A stretch of DNA of 63,430 bases, filler included, from Lenisia limosa (GCA_001655205.1; 8 parts of 8 records of this genome joined end to end with filler, not necessarily neighbours in it), one strand, 5' to 3'; counted from the first letter of the whole stretch, positions 22,368-35,559 are shown. Numbers and translations: made by a program. The notes: a model not told the origin generated them from the letters alone.

Positions 22368-25300
22368 ATGAACAGAGAACATTTCTTTCGATTTGTAACG
22401 GTCGTAACTGAATCCCTCTAGTGCTTGTGCTTCTAAGGGGATATTATTATTGATCAATATCTATTGTCTTGAAGTTTCATCAAATATTTTGATTTTGGGT
22501 TTGTCTTTTTTTTCGTACATTCGGCATTACCCCCTCCCAGCACCTCGACACTTTCCCTGACATCGCTGGGGGGGAGCAGGTCACATCCAAGACCATCGCA
22601 TGTGTCGTCTTCGATCCCAAGCCCAGGGTGCAAGGTTGGTCATAAGTGGGATGGAATCTCATTTGGCTGAAGGGGTTGTGAGGATAGTTTGATCTTAAGA
22701 TCCACACTGACACTCTAGGAAGCATCCAGTTCAATGCAATAGTTCCGGGTAAGTGGCATGACGATTCTGCTTATTGTGGCTAGTTTGCTTTGATAAAGCA
22801 ATGCAAAACGCTTTTCTCGTTTTCACCTTTGAGGTGTATATATAGTATCTGATATATACGATATGAAAAGTGTAAAGGCAGCGACTAAGATAAGGAGAGC
22901 CCTTTATTCGGTTAGTATAACACATTATATGTGACACAATGTATATTTCGCCATCCTGAAAAGGCTTACATTCAGATGAGCCTCACCACCATCTTTTTGT
23001 CACCATTTCCTCTGCAAATGAGGTGCCTCCCGGCTTTGAGGTCCACTACGGTTGGTAGAATTGGTGTTATGGGGAAGGGGTCATGGTAGAACCCCTCTGA
23101 CCCAACCAGAGACTCAGAGGGGCTTGGACTTTTATTGAGGACACGCAAAACAATATGAACAGGAAGATTATTAGCAAATGATTGGAGAATTAATAAATCA
23201 TATCCTTGTTTGACCTGATGCAAACATTTTATCATTTCTGGTTTCTATGTAGTAACATGTAGTTTTGACAGTTTAGGAGACATAGTGATCCTAAAGTCAT
23301 GTATTGTAAGTAGGATCGTTAGCCTCTGAAGAGCATGAAGGGAAGGGGTTTCTTTGATGCTGTGGCACTATAGTTGTCTCAAGTGTAGCTAGGATTTAAC
23401 CAGATGCCCCATTTGCCGCACGTTCTTACAACCTAGCTCAAGAACAAGCGGAATGAAGGTTATCAGTTCCGCCGCCGGAGTGTCAACATCGCCATAAGCT
23501 CCAAGCCGCCTACTTCTCAAAACTCCGTCTTGGTCATCAGAATGCTGGGTGTGTGGATTATTAGCATAATGCACTCGGACTGTGTGGATGGCTACTTTTC
23601 CCTTATACTTCTGTCTGTCTCATAAACTGTAATTAATAAAGGTGATGTTATGACCTTTTCAAGGAACCTTTTCACCGTTTCTTGTTCCTTCATACCAAAT
23701 CATAGTGCGCATCATTAGTATTATTATATCAAATCTGAATGGGGATGAACCAGGTTTTACAATTCAGCTGGAACGCCGGAGCTGATCCGCTTTGGTCCCC
23801 GCTTGGATCTTTCAGATTCTGTTGTTCAAGAAGTCTACGTGAGGGGAGGAATTTGGATAGCATTTCCAACGGGAATGTTGGTTCATATCGATATCTTTTG
23901 TTTTTCTTAAAATCTTATCTATTTTAGTAAGAGTATGGATTTCTGTTCAAATTAATTCTGTAGAACCACGCTCAGACTTTTGTCTCTGTTCTGTGGGGGG
24001 GAGGGGGCTCTTTTGTCTTGCTGTGTACAGAACTGACTATTTAGCCATCCATTCTTTTACCACCCTCTACATTCATTGAATTCTGAAACCAACGGATTAA
24101 TTGCTCAGGTAACCGGAAAATGATAGGATGATGATGGAGGTATTATAACAAGTCTACATTTTATTAATTAAGAGCCTCTGACAATCCTCTTTTGATATAT
24201 ACAGGTGGTGACGTATCGTCCGCCTTGGGTGTGTTTGGCTGATGGCACTCTTCCAAACGGTACGAAGGGCTTCATCTGATTATCTTGTAATACGGGGTAA
24301 ACAAAATGCGGTAACGTGACTGAGCTGTTCTTCTCCCAATCCTTAGATATTGCCTTGTTTAAGTATTAGGGTCTCAACATCCCTTCATCTTCCTTTGGAT
24401 CGGTGAGACTAAGCGGCTCAAAATGGTGGGTGGCCTTCATGTTTCGCCAACATAGTGATGGGTGGGTCCTTCTTGTTTCATGGAAGACAGTTCGCCAAGG
24501 CATGTCATATGTTGTCCCATATCTATTTGTGAACGATCAAATAACTATCGAGTCGAAATGCTGAAAGAAGATAGCATGAAGGTTCACCCGAGTTTCTCAG
24601 AATTGATTGGATACTACTACTACGTGTAAAATGATAGTGCACAATTGGAAAGTAACTCAAAGTGGCATTATTTCATTGTCCTTCAGGCCAAAATTCGAAC
24701 ATTTCTTGAGCTTGAGCACGGCCAATGGTACCGGATACGCGGCCTCAAACTTGCAGTGGGAATGGGACGCATAATGAGAAAAATACGTTTTTTTCTGGTT
24801 GACCCATATCACAAAAACAAGTTTTTTGCTTAACTCGTGCTTTAAACAAGATTTGACCCTTTAAGCGAAACGCCATTCCCTTCTACTTTGAGGCTACACA
24901 GAGCTATGAGGCCGTGGAATGCCCAGCAAAATGCCCGCTTTTAAATGAACGACTCAGATGGTTTGGACGGATATTTCGGGACTGGAATCGTCATTCGATA
25001 TATTATATCATAAAATACTCTCAATTTCAATCAAATTCAATGACCTGCATGGAGTATTTTGCAGAAATATATACATATGATATCATGTATGATATTCCAT
25101 ATATATGCTTTTTTTAGTTCTCATTTCTTTGTTATATAGACACAGATAGTCGATAAGGTTTGAACTTTCAGTTACCCTGAGGACTTGGTGGTGGAACCGC
25201 CCGCACAGCTTCCGTCAAACTTTCCCCATTGGGAGGTGCATGAGAACAGTCACGTGTTCAATCCTGACATTCCATCGTACATCCCACAGCCCAACCACCC

Positions 25301-28300
25301 AAGAATTCGCAGTATCAAGTTGGTTGAAGGTCTTGATTGTTTTACAGCTGTCTTGAATGATAAAGTGAAGGCCGGCTTCAGGCCAAAATCGAATTGATAC
25401 TGTCATTAGGGCTTCACTTCGGTTCGAAAAAAGACTGATTTCTCAATGAATCCTCTAAAACTATCGATATTTTCCTGTTTTTCCGGACCAAAGTGAGTCA
25501 CAATCACAATTTATTGAAGATTATATTGTGATTGTGAAGCAGATGGAATATCATACATGATATCATATAAATTGTGATTGTGAAGCCCTACCTGTCATAT
25601 ATTGCTTTTGGCCTTTTCCCACAAGCATTCTACTTTTGTGATTTGACGTGTTTAGGCCTGAGATTTCCATTCCAGCCAATCTGAGGAAAGTTCGCTACAC
25701 TAAGGTGTTGAGTCAGTCTGAGCCGCAACAATTACAAGTGCTTCAAGATTCAACCAAGCCACAGTCACAATTTATTAAAGATTCAACCAAGCCACAGTCA
25801 CAATTTATTAAAGATTCAAGCAAGTCACAATCACAATTTATTGAAGATTTAACCAAGCCACATGATTCTGTCAACCTTGGTACCATTGAACCGCCCGATT
25901 GCTTCACCCAGAAGCCCTCCACTGATCCAATTGAACCCACATCCCCCTCAACCAGCATTATGTTTCATCCAGACTCTTCAGATTCCTCCGTCTCGGCCCT
26001 ACGAGAATACCATGAACCTGCCATCACTAAAGCCCCGACCTCGGACGAACTCATTCTCCAGCCGTTGCCGCCGCCAATTGAGGTTGCCAATCTGGGCACG
26101 TCGCTTCCACCTCCAGTTGACTGTCAAGTTGAAAAGAACCATGCCGCCGTGCAATTGGAAGAGGAATCTGCTGACTCGCAATTGGAAGAGGAATCTGCTG
26201 ACGACGGTCTTGGCGATGATGTATGCAGTACCCAGATCGAGCACTCCGAGATCACTAGCAACTTCAGCAGCGAATTTGACAACCGAAACATGTCCCCCAT
26301 CAGAGCGTCAAGCCCCTCCAATGGGCCGTGCACCCAGTATCATTTTGACGGATATGAGGAAAGCCCTGAATCAGACCATCGTCCAGCTGAGACCAAAACG
26401 CAACCAGGCACCCCCTTTCAGCCTCCAGAAGAACATGGACTGCCATCTTCCGTGATGCTCAAGAGGCCCCGTGACTGTCACAATGACATGTGGTCTAGGA
26501 GGTAGGATAGTGGGCTTAGAGGGATGAAAAGGACAGGCAATATGAGTGGATACCCAGCCTTTTTGAGATCTTTAACTTTTCCTAAAAGAAAACCCCGATT
26601 ATTTTTCCTTGGAGTGGTTTTCTGCTTTTTTACAAAGAGTTTTAATCCCGACTCGATACAGTAATTTTCTGGAAAAGTTATTTCCTAACCTTGTAGTGAA
26701 ACGGAAGAAGCAGGGCACAACACACAGCAGTCCGTACTCCCAATTATCACCCAAGGTATCCGCTCGGAAACGCAGATTTCCCAGCCGCTAGACAATAACA
26801 TTCCTTTGGCACATGATGTATTTTGTCAGATCAGCACCCAGGCCTCCTTAACTGTAAGCTTCTGCTCCCTTTCCCTTCATGTTGTTATGCAGAATAATTA
26901 TAAGTTGAGATATTTTGAATTTACCTGTTATTTGTTGGGATCAAAGTGAGGTTTTTCAGACAGTTCTCCACTACTGTTTTTTGGGGTACTGGATCCAATA
27001 TCACTTGTGTTTTATGACACGAACAGGAGACGCAGGAGAGAAGCAGCATTGCAACGAGCCAGTTTCAGCCCTACGGGCAGGTCTACCAGGAGTCTGAGGG
27101 TTCCGACAAGGCCTCCGTGTTCACTCAGGAGCAACCGCCAAACTACTTCTCGCTTTTTGACGAAGACAGTATTTCGAGTTTGCAAGGCATCGACGCCCTT
27201 GCCGCCTCCAATGATATCTTGTCGCAGGGTCAACATGGGAGCAATACAATTCCGACACCTATCGCCCAGCTTAGACATCAGGGCGACCCCAAAGGACCCC
27301 CTCCCGTCCAGATCCATCCTCATGTCCCTCCAAATAGACGTGAATTCATGAACTCACGGTTCCGCATCCCCAATCCCACGATGCCCATTGCCACCAAGGA
27401 GATGACGTCTTCGAAAGTGCCGAATACGCGCGGTGCTCACCCCTCTCTTACCGTTTCTAGCAAGGATGACCAGGTGGGGCGTTGTGCTCACTACAACTAT
27501 CGATATTTTACCGGTCGTTTTCGAACCGATGTGGAGCCCTAACTGCAACTACCGATTGTTTGTGATACGATCTGTAGATCTGGTAAATAAAGGGTGTTGA
27601 ATATTCCATAATTAGAGATTCCCTTGGCTACACAAAGACCAAGAGATCACCAACAATATAATGTACTCATCTTTATGTACGCGCGTACTGAAGACCAAAA
27701 GGGATATTTCTCATTGGCCCGAAACAACCTTTTGTAACACTCCAGGGTCTCCCACCCATTGTTCCTCGATCTGTTCCTTCCTCCAACACTCGCGAGTCAC
27801 CGGCTGTAAGCGGAATTCGTGGTACCTGATTCAATTCCGTGATAACCAGTGATGGACAGATACTTTCTTTTTGGTTGATTTTGTTTGATACCCTCTCCCT
27901 CTAGTACCCCCCCCCCCCNNNNNNNNNNNNNNNNNNNNNNNNNNNNNNNNNNNNNNNNNNNNNNNNNNNNNNNNNNNNNNNNNNNNNNNNNNNNNNNNNN
28001 NNNNNNNNNGAAGTCTGAAGATCTTCCGATCAGCAAAGCCAGGCAGTTCATGAAGTGGGTCGTCTGGGCTGAAAAGGAATTGAATCTCAGGGTTTTGCTC
28101 TGTCAGCTTGATTAGGTAATAAAGCTGAACCGTTATTCTCCGCCGCCGTCTATACTTCGGTTCAAAAAAAAACCCGGAAAATATCGACAGTTTTCGAGGA
28201 TTTATCGACAATTTCAGTCTTTTTTCGAACCGAAGTTAAGCCTTACTTGTAACATTTTAGGACCATTAAAAAGAAGAAGGCCCCGAAGCCCTCCTTTGTA

Positions 28301-29986
28301 TTCCCAAAAGTGTCAACTCAGTTTATGAACCCGTAGGCCTGCCACATTTATACTGTGTACCTCTCTCAGGCATTTTATCGTCTTAATACCCCCCATTTTT
28401 ACCATCACCACACTCCAGTCATAATGCGCGAGTTGACAGCCATTTACTGCCAAGAAAGACCATCAATGAAGTTTTAACTGAGAAGGTACAGGACATGTGA
28501 AATAATACTTCTCAGTGCCTGAGGATGGAGGGGAAAGAAGAAGCTAGAAACCCTTCCGTTCTCACATGATATAAACCCTCACCATCCAGTTCACAGGCAA
28601 GTTCACCTCGAAGCTCTGTCTCTTCGGATGCGCCACAGAACCTGCTGATATTCTCTCATGGACGCTGCCATCCGACATTGTCCAGCCCGGGACACCGGAG
28701 CCTTTATTGCCCTTCCCCGACTCTGATCTTCAGCCGGGCCGTCTCTTCATCCGCCGCGTCACGGAGAAAAACAGGAATATGACCAACTGGAATCGTGGCG
28801 GCTTNNNNNNNNNNNNNNNNNNNNNNNNNNNNNNNNNNNNNNNNNNNNNNNNNNNNNNNNNNNNNNNNNNNNNNNNNNNNNNNNNNNNNNNNNNNNGTAT
28901 CAGCTTCTCAAAGATCAGTATTGCCCGCAAAAAAGTAGGCAAAAAAGGGTCTGAAAGATACCTAAAGAGATTGAATGTTGAGAGTTGATCTCTTTTGGGA
29001 CAAGAAATGATAAATGCTTATGAACATGATGTCAAAGTTTTACTTAAATGAGTTTACCCCCAATATTGAATCTATAGTGCTGAGGTTTTCATTTCATTGT
29101 CCATTTACCCCCGTACGCTGGAGTGATGGGATGTGGTGCAGAAGCGACTGGCTTGGGTTTTGTTTGTTTTGATGTTATCAACCCTCGTATGTTAACAGCC
29201 AACAGAGTTGNNNNNNNNNNNNNNNNNNNNNNNNNNNNNNNNNNNNNNNNNNNNNNNNNNNNNNNNNNNNNNNNNNNNNNNNNNNNNNNNNNNNNNNNNN
29301 NNNNNNNNNNNNNNNNNNNNNNNNNNNNNNNNNNNNNNNNNNNNNNNNNNNNNNNNNNNNNNNNNNNNNNNNNNNNNNNNNNNNNNNNNNNNNNNNNNNC
29401 TGACGGCTCACGCCATTTTCGAGTTCCGAGACCAGACAGGATCGATACTTGCTTTTGCTGACTATCCCATCTTGGTATGCTGGATGAAAGCTGTAGTGTA
29501 GTGATTGGTTATATTAAGACGTTTTTTCGAGAATGAGATTAAAATAGCATAAAAACGCCTGCAAAATGTTAGAGCACAAACATGCCACGTAACACCTGTG
29601 ACGCTGAGGGTTCATGAATTAGAAGAGACTTTGAGTAATCATCCTCCCCCCCCCCCCCCATANNNNNNNNNNNNNNNNNNNNNNNNNNNNNNNNNNNNNN
29701 NNNNNNNNNNNNNNNNNNNNNNNNNNNNNNNNNNNNNNNNNNNNNNNNNNNNNNNNNNNNNNNNNNNNNNNNNNNNNNNNNNNNNNNNNNNNNNNNNNNN
29801 NNNNNNNNNNNNNNNNNNNNNNNNNNNNNNNNNNNNNNNNNNNNNNNNNNNNNNNNNNNNNNNNNNNNNNNNNNNTGCTTCGAGATCACGATTCAGCGAT
29901 TTGTGCTGACACTCGAAGCCAAAGGAGACATGTTCGAAATCTCACAGGTCAGCGTCATACCCAGAAAAAAGAAGAAAACCTTCTAG
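22368..29986 (+). CDS. POT1/TEBP-alpha-like multi-OB-fold ssDNA-binding protein with long low-complexity insertion
   Basis: Spliced: MNREHFFRF|HLDTFPDIAGGEQVTSKTIACVVFDPKPR (OB1-like); PLHSLNSETNGLIAQ|VVTYRPPWVCLADGTLP and ELEHGQWYRIRGLKLA...PLLNERLRCY (OB2-like); C-terminal KFTSKLCLFG, AIFEFRDQTGSILAF and CFEITIQRF...FEISQVSVIP (OB3-like). Includes ORFs 25648-26505 and 27117-27542 as internal exons. Similarity judged by eye. Confidence 0.6.
25407..25590. mobile_element. Composite hAT-like MITE (family A left part plus a second TIR type)
   Basis: ACTGTCAT|TAGGGCTTCACTTCGG...AATTGTGATTGTGAAGCCCTA|CCTGTCAT (7/8 TSD match); internal 12-bp inverted repeat CACAATCACAAT/ATTGTGATTGTG. Confidence 0.8.
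25750..25860 (+). repeat. Coding tandem repeat, 33-bp unit (DSTKPQSQFIK) x about 3.3
   Basis: GATTCAACCAAGCCACAGTCACAATTTATTAAA repeated in frame. A second 27-bp duplication (QLEEESADS) lies at about 26151-26203. Confidence 0.9.
28150..28243. mobile_element. MITE family A copy (reverse orientation)
   Basis: CTTCGGTTCAAAAAAAA...AATATCGACAGTTTTCGAGGATTTATCG...GTCTTTTTTCGAACCGAAGTTAAGCC. Confidence 0.85.
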
Positions 29987-30071
29987 GTGTATAGTGTATT
30001 AGTTGACAAATGTAATGATTATCATAATCTAGAATATATAATATGTCATATAACTTGTTTTAAAAAATAGT

Positions 30072-32985
30072 TTAAAACGAATTGACCGTCCCTGTGCCTC
30101 TAACGACATACGTGGTACTAGGTCTCATGGAGAAGATTGGTGTAATGGGGTCATACTGAGAGGGTCAGTTCCTGCTACTAGTCTAAAAAAAACACCAAAA
30201 CCTCCCAGTTCCAAAACCAATACAACTTTTGATGCCCTTGGCTCACATCAAACTGGATTTTGTCCCTGAGGGTGCTGATTTCAGCAAGGCTCAGGTGCTT
30301 GTCGTATACTCGGTTCTAAGGGGATTATCAGAGATTTAAATAAAAAAAAGAAGAAAACAACCATATCCGTCCACAAACGGGTGCTTTTGTTTTTTTTTTG
30401 TTTTTTGGATAATCGGTGCTTTAAGGTTTTATCCAAAAAGCACAGGGTTTTGTGGACGGGAATGTGCCAATAATAGAGAGGTGCTCAACCCCCCCTCCTA
30501 TTTGCCTCCAATAAGAGCCTAATCCTACCCCCCCCCCACAAGGGCCCATTTTGCGTCCGTGCGCCACCCATGCGTGCCACTTGCGACAAGAGTGGGAAGG
30601 CCTGAACCCGGCAGCGGCGATACAAAGTGCAATCCAGTGATCATGAGCTAAACTGTGAGTGGCGAAGGATTTGCTTCAAAATGATAGTAATCACGTTATA
30701 ATAGACACAGCCTTCTCCAAATCCTCGAACCACTTCTCCAGACTCGAACGGTCCATAAGAATAGTCTGTTAGCGTTGATGACACTCCATTGAACACCACT
30801 GAAATCTAGAAAGTAACAGAAACCCACACCGAATCTAAAAAGGAGATTGAACGAACCACCCACAGTTCCCGAAAGACTCCTCAAAACCAGATGGCACCAT
30901 TGGTTCTCAGCTGAGTGGTGAGATGAGGAGAATCATTCAGATAGTATTTAGATATCAAATACATACACGTATATATGGATCATCTCAAAAAACCCTTGAT
31001 AATTTCATTGGTAATTCTTGAACAGAGAAAGCAGAGAATGTCAAAGAGCATACGAAAGGCGAGGGGTGTATCCATGTATCCAGAGCCACTGTTGATTCTG
31101 AAGTAATTGTTGTGCTAAAAAGGTCATACAATTACTAGTAAACTATCAAAAAGCACTAACCTTATGATTGCATATCATTACGATATGATAAATTATCCCT
31201 CTACAATATGTATTTCCATAGATCAGATGCACGGTGCAAAACCCTGATGTATGCAGCCCTCACACCGCATCAACATAGCTGTAGATCTGGTACTGCTGTG
31301 TGGACGACGCGGTAGCAAAGGGGATCAGATAGCGCTCATTAGAGGACCGTGTTGCGTAAAAGTAGGACTGAGGGTAAGAGCAAGGGGCTGTGTTGTTTTA
31401 AAGAAATCACTTTATTATACTTGAAAGTGCTGTTACTAGAGGTAGGGCTTCCTTTAGGTACCCAAAAAGACAGAAGTTATTCAAATCTCTTGAAACATCA
31501 TATGTCCACATTCCAAGCCTCAGCCATCCGAGCCAACTTCGATAGACCAGTCTCCGGAGGGGAACTGGAGCCGGGCGTCATTGAGAGGCAGCACGCCGGC
31601 GCCTGACGGGTAAACAAAGCAATCCATCAAGAATATTGAGCAATACAAGTCACATTCCTTGAGCAAAGATTACAATTAAACACCTTAGCAAATATTGAGA
31701 ACTATTCTCAATTACCACACTAATGTTGAAAGACTAAAATATCCTTATTTCCCCTCACCGGAAGCGGTCAGTGAACTGAAAGTCAAGTACGAGGCCTACA
31801 ATCGTTATCGCGATGAGATTATATCCTAATGTATGATATGATGTATTATACAATACAGTGAAATACATCTTTCACAATTATTATTATATGTACTTGCCTT
31901 CATGCAAAATAAAATTATATCGATATGCAAGACAGCTGCTGTATGTAGTACATTTTAATAGCCCCCCCCCCCCCNNNNNNNNNNNNNNNNNNNNNNNNNN
32001 NNNNNNNNNNNNNNNNNNNNNNNNNNNNNNNNNNNNNNNNNNNGTCATCGAATTTCGGGTCAGACAAATCTGGGCGGTGAACGATATTATCTGTGTATTT
32101 CGTCCCTTATTTTAGAGCATTCTCTTATTTCTGAAAAAGTAGCGACATGGACAGCATCTCTCTACTGAATATTATGATGACTTGACCAATGATTTAAAAT
32201 TACGTAGACAATATTGGCGTTCAATCAGGAAAGTACTTCCATCACATTTGTGATTGTGGAAATAGAACTTCAGTCTGATACAATACAAAGCCTCCTATCA
32301 CCCACCCACGACAAAACTCAGATCACCAGCCAGGGGGCTTGTAACTGAAACAGTATCAGCATTAACGGTAAAGTTGACTATTGAAGGTGCTCCCGCGGTA
32401 CCTCCAAAGAACTAAATCATCAAGGCCTTGCTGTGACATTTAACGCTATTCCATTACGATTTTCTTCGACCTGTCAGACCTCAAGAGAACCTCCCCACTC
32501 CATAAAGGACCAACCAAGCACCATCAGCGGACCAAGGTGTGTTGTGCTCTAAGAGGCCCGGAACTAACCTTGACATAACCATCTGTCGCGACTGCCACCG
32601 ATGCAGTGTTGAATGTGACATACAATCCAAGCTCTGCCTCAAGATACACTGAATACGCCTCGTTTTGCAAGTCAAGAACTAAGGCAATATTAGGAATGCT
32701 TGGAATGCCTTCGGTCCAAATATATTATCCCTATCCGCCTACAGGTCTGGAAGGTTCCAAGTGGAAGAGCGTCAAGAGGATCGTTGGCAACAACTGATGC
32801 CCGAACAAGACCGCTAGAATCCAGGGATCTACAGTGTAAAAGGCGGATGAAAGGATGAGCGAGGTTGTGATTGGTGGGAGGGAACACAAAGTGAACTCGT
32901 TTTTTGGAACGTACATTGGTATTTGGGCTATAACAACACCAGAGAATATGGTTAGAAGAAAGGCGAGCGCAAGAAGGTGCCTCAT
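30072..32985 (-). CDS. Secreted protein with LamG/concanavalin-A-like (pentraxin-type) domain
   Basis: Signal peptide MRHLLALAFLLTIFSGVVIAQ; spliced exons include FPSGDWSIE|RYLIPFATASS..., PENQWCHLVL, ISVVFNG and NRVYDKHLSLAEISTL, matching the LamG-3 pattern (W-x-H-x-V, LYVNG, RIYNRALS-x-x-EI). Confidence 0.6.
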
Positions 32986-33706
32986 TTCTTGGAGGAGAAG
33001 ATTCGTTCACAATACACGAGTCAAATGGTTAAGCCTATGGCTGTATAGTGTATAAGTAAGTGTATAAGTAAGTGTGGAATAAAGATTAGCTGCAAATTGC
33101 GCCATCTTCTGTGTTTAACTTGGCGAAATTAAACCCCATGTAAAAACTAAATAAAGTTGACACTTTTCAGTTTGCTTTGCTTTGCTTTGCTTGTTTAGCT
33201 TTCCGCCTGAAGTTGTTTGTATGTCTTTGGTTAATCTTTGCGTTAATTAATTGCGGATTAAGTACCTGAAAGCAGTTCTTTACATTGCAGTCTCCTCCTT
33301 TTTGAGCAATTTTGTTCTTTGTAAGCGTGGTATACCCCTACATTGGATGTTAATAATAATATAATATTGTATTTTAATGGATATTTTCAATGAAACTCTG
33401 TGTCCTTTATATTATATTCCATATTCAACCACTCTCTTCGTATCTAAACAATTTGAGTTCATTATTTAATCATTTATGAAAGATATAACTCAATGATAAC
33501 AGCTGAGGATTGCAGTTCACTATTCCTCAGGCCCAAGCCCTCACCTCGTTGCTCTTGACTTATGACATAAATAAAGGTAATTGGTATTTCTCTGTGAATT
33601 GAATCAAATAGAATATTGTAATCGGCTCAGTTCACCACTTGCTTGTTCAGAACCTGTTCTTTCGATGCTCACATCACATCACCCATCATTGCCCCTCACC
33701 CCCAAG

Positions 33707-35358
33707 ATGTCGAGCCCAGACCCGTCTTTGGGAATATCGTCAGCCTCGTTTGACGGCAAAAAAGGATGGACAACTATTCGGTTAGTCTGCGGCTGTTCTA
33801 GGCCTAGTTGTCTTCTTCAGATGCTCCTTCTCTTTTGATTATGTCTTATAAACAATCTCAAATCAGCGTCCCTTAACTTGATGGACAGACTGCTTCAGCC
33901 AGAACCCCCCGCCCCCCTAATTTCACATTTCTCAACATGATGAACAGCTTCACTCAAATATAATATTTTCATATTCCCTCAGTCTTGTAACTTGTTCCAC
34001 AGGGCAGCATGGAACCAATACAAGTCCGAAAAGGAGGCCCCCCTCAATTTGGCCGCATCCCTCGATAAAAGACTACAGGTTGGTTGTATTTATGATCTCT
34101 ATGATCCTAGTTTCAATAGAGACCTAACTGCAAAAAATAGTTATCCCACTGCGTACCATACATGTTAGCTATTGCCTTCGAAATAACTAGAGATCCACAT
34201 GGAAACAACAACAGTTTTCAACCAGATCGTTTGCTTCACCATCCAGCCCCATGCAGAAGCCACTACGACAGACTTTGAGACGCCATTGCAGTCTCCGAAG
34301 GAAGTGGTGAGCTGAGGCCGTTCTACTCCTCATGAACATCTGGGACTTTTGAGCGGGTTTTAAGAATTAGAGTTGAACATACTCGACTGCCATATTCCAG
34401 GCTACTGAAAATAGTCCCCCCAAAATACCCGTTTTTGCTGAGCCGCATTATGTGACAATCCCTTTTGATTTATAAAATGCAGATAATGATACGCTATCAG
34501 GTACATATACATGTATATAAATGTACAAATGGCATTTTAGTTGCTTCGAGATATTCAGTCTTTTTTCGTGCCGGAGTGAAGCGGGAGCAAATTTATTCCA
34601 TCTGTAATGAATACGCTTTTGATGAGATCAGTAAACATCTTACACGCCAGGCAACATATTTGGACGGACCCGATCTTTTAATGTTGGCCTCGCCTCTACA
34701 GCTCCATCACAGCCCTTCCAAGATGAAAACTCCAACAACAGTGAGGGGTGTTACTCTGAGCCAGCGCACTCATGATTTGTTCCATTAATTAATTCCCCTA
34801 TATTATGGTCTGGTGACAGAGTAGGGAAACAGTCCGTATGATGCACTCAAAGGCACGTCGAAACTGGCCTCAGCCGTTGATGGTGGTGGGAAGAGGGTAT
34901 TCTTTTGTCAAATTAATAAGCAGTGGGTATCGTGGACGTAACTTCTCATTCTCAGTTCAACTCTTATCCTGACAGAGCTTTCCACAAGCCAACTCAAAAC
35001 ACCAAAGAAGAAAAATGATGTTGGTTTCGTCATCCTCAAGCGCTCATTCTCTGCCTTGATTCCATTTTGCTGACTATATAGGCCCAGACCCAGAAGGCAA
35101 AGCCTCTTTCGGAAACACACGGTAAGCGGGTGGATTGGGGATGAAAACAGCTGGCGAATATCGTCATTCTTCTGGGGTTGAAGTGCTGTGTTGGAGTTAT
35201 GTTAGCTTACCACTTATCTTCGGCCAGACACAACCTTCTTTGTTATTGTTTTTGTTTTTTTATTTCTCATTTCTATATAGTATATATCACACCGTCCATA
35301 TATCTGTGAATGTTCCTCTATCTGTGAAAAAAAAGCCAAATGAACATTTTCCTTGATA
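33707..35358 (+). CDS. Hypothetical S/T/P-rich multi-exon protein, truncated by linker
   Basis: MSSPDPSLGISSASFDGKKGWTTIR|AAWNQYKSEKEAPLNLAASLDKRLQ|IVCFTIQPHAEATTTDFETPLQSPKEV|..., phase-consistent GT-AG joins for the first exons. Confidence 0.45.
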
Positions 35359-35458
35359 NNNNNNNNNNNNNNNNNNNNNNNNNNNNNNNNNNNNNNNNNN
35401 NNTTAATTAATTAANNNNNNNNNNNNNNNNNNNNNNNNNNNNNNNNNNNNNNNNNNNN
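35359..35458. other. Artificial scaffold linker
   Basis: 44N-TTAATTAATTAA-44N. Confidence 0.97.
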
Positions 35459-35559
35459 ATCACGCTTCAAGACCCCCCCCCCTTTTTTTAATATCTTATT
35501 ATCCTTGCCTTGATTTAATACATAAAAATATTATTTTCCCAGCCAAAACCCTACTGAAT

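Noticed and set aside
23400-23460. CPICR RING-like motif
   Set aside because: Lies in a frame and position that does not join the neighbouring exons; no other RING ligands.
22400-25020. Apparent stop-riddled minus-strand pseudogene or retroelement
   Set aside because: The plus strand gives phase-consistent GT-AG exons with OB-fold character; the minus ORFs are antisense shadows.
25750-25860. CRISPR-like direct repeats (also 46978, 60818, 38900)
   Set aside because: Head-to-tail tandem repeats without unique spacers, in eukaryotic genes, with no cas genes.
29123-29909. ORF-track entries dominated by X residues
   Set aside because: Artefacts of translating through N gaps; not evidence of coding length.
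35040-35200. Minus-strand GFAFWVWAYIVSK resembling fatty-acid elongase
   Set aside because: No downstream HxxHH motif or usable donor; the plus strand has well-formed exons here.
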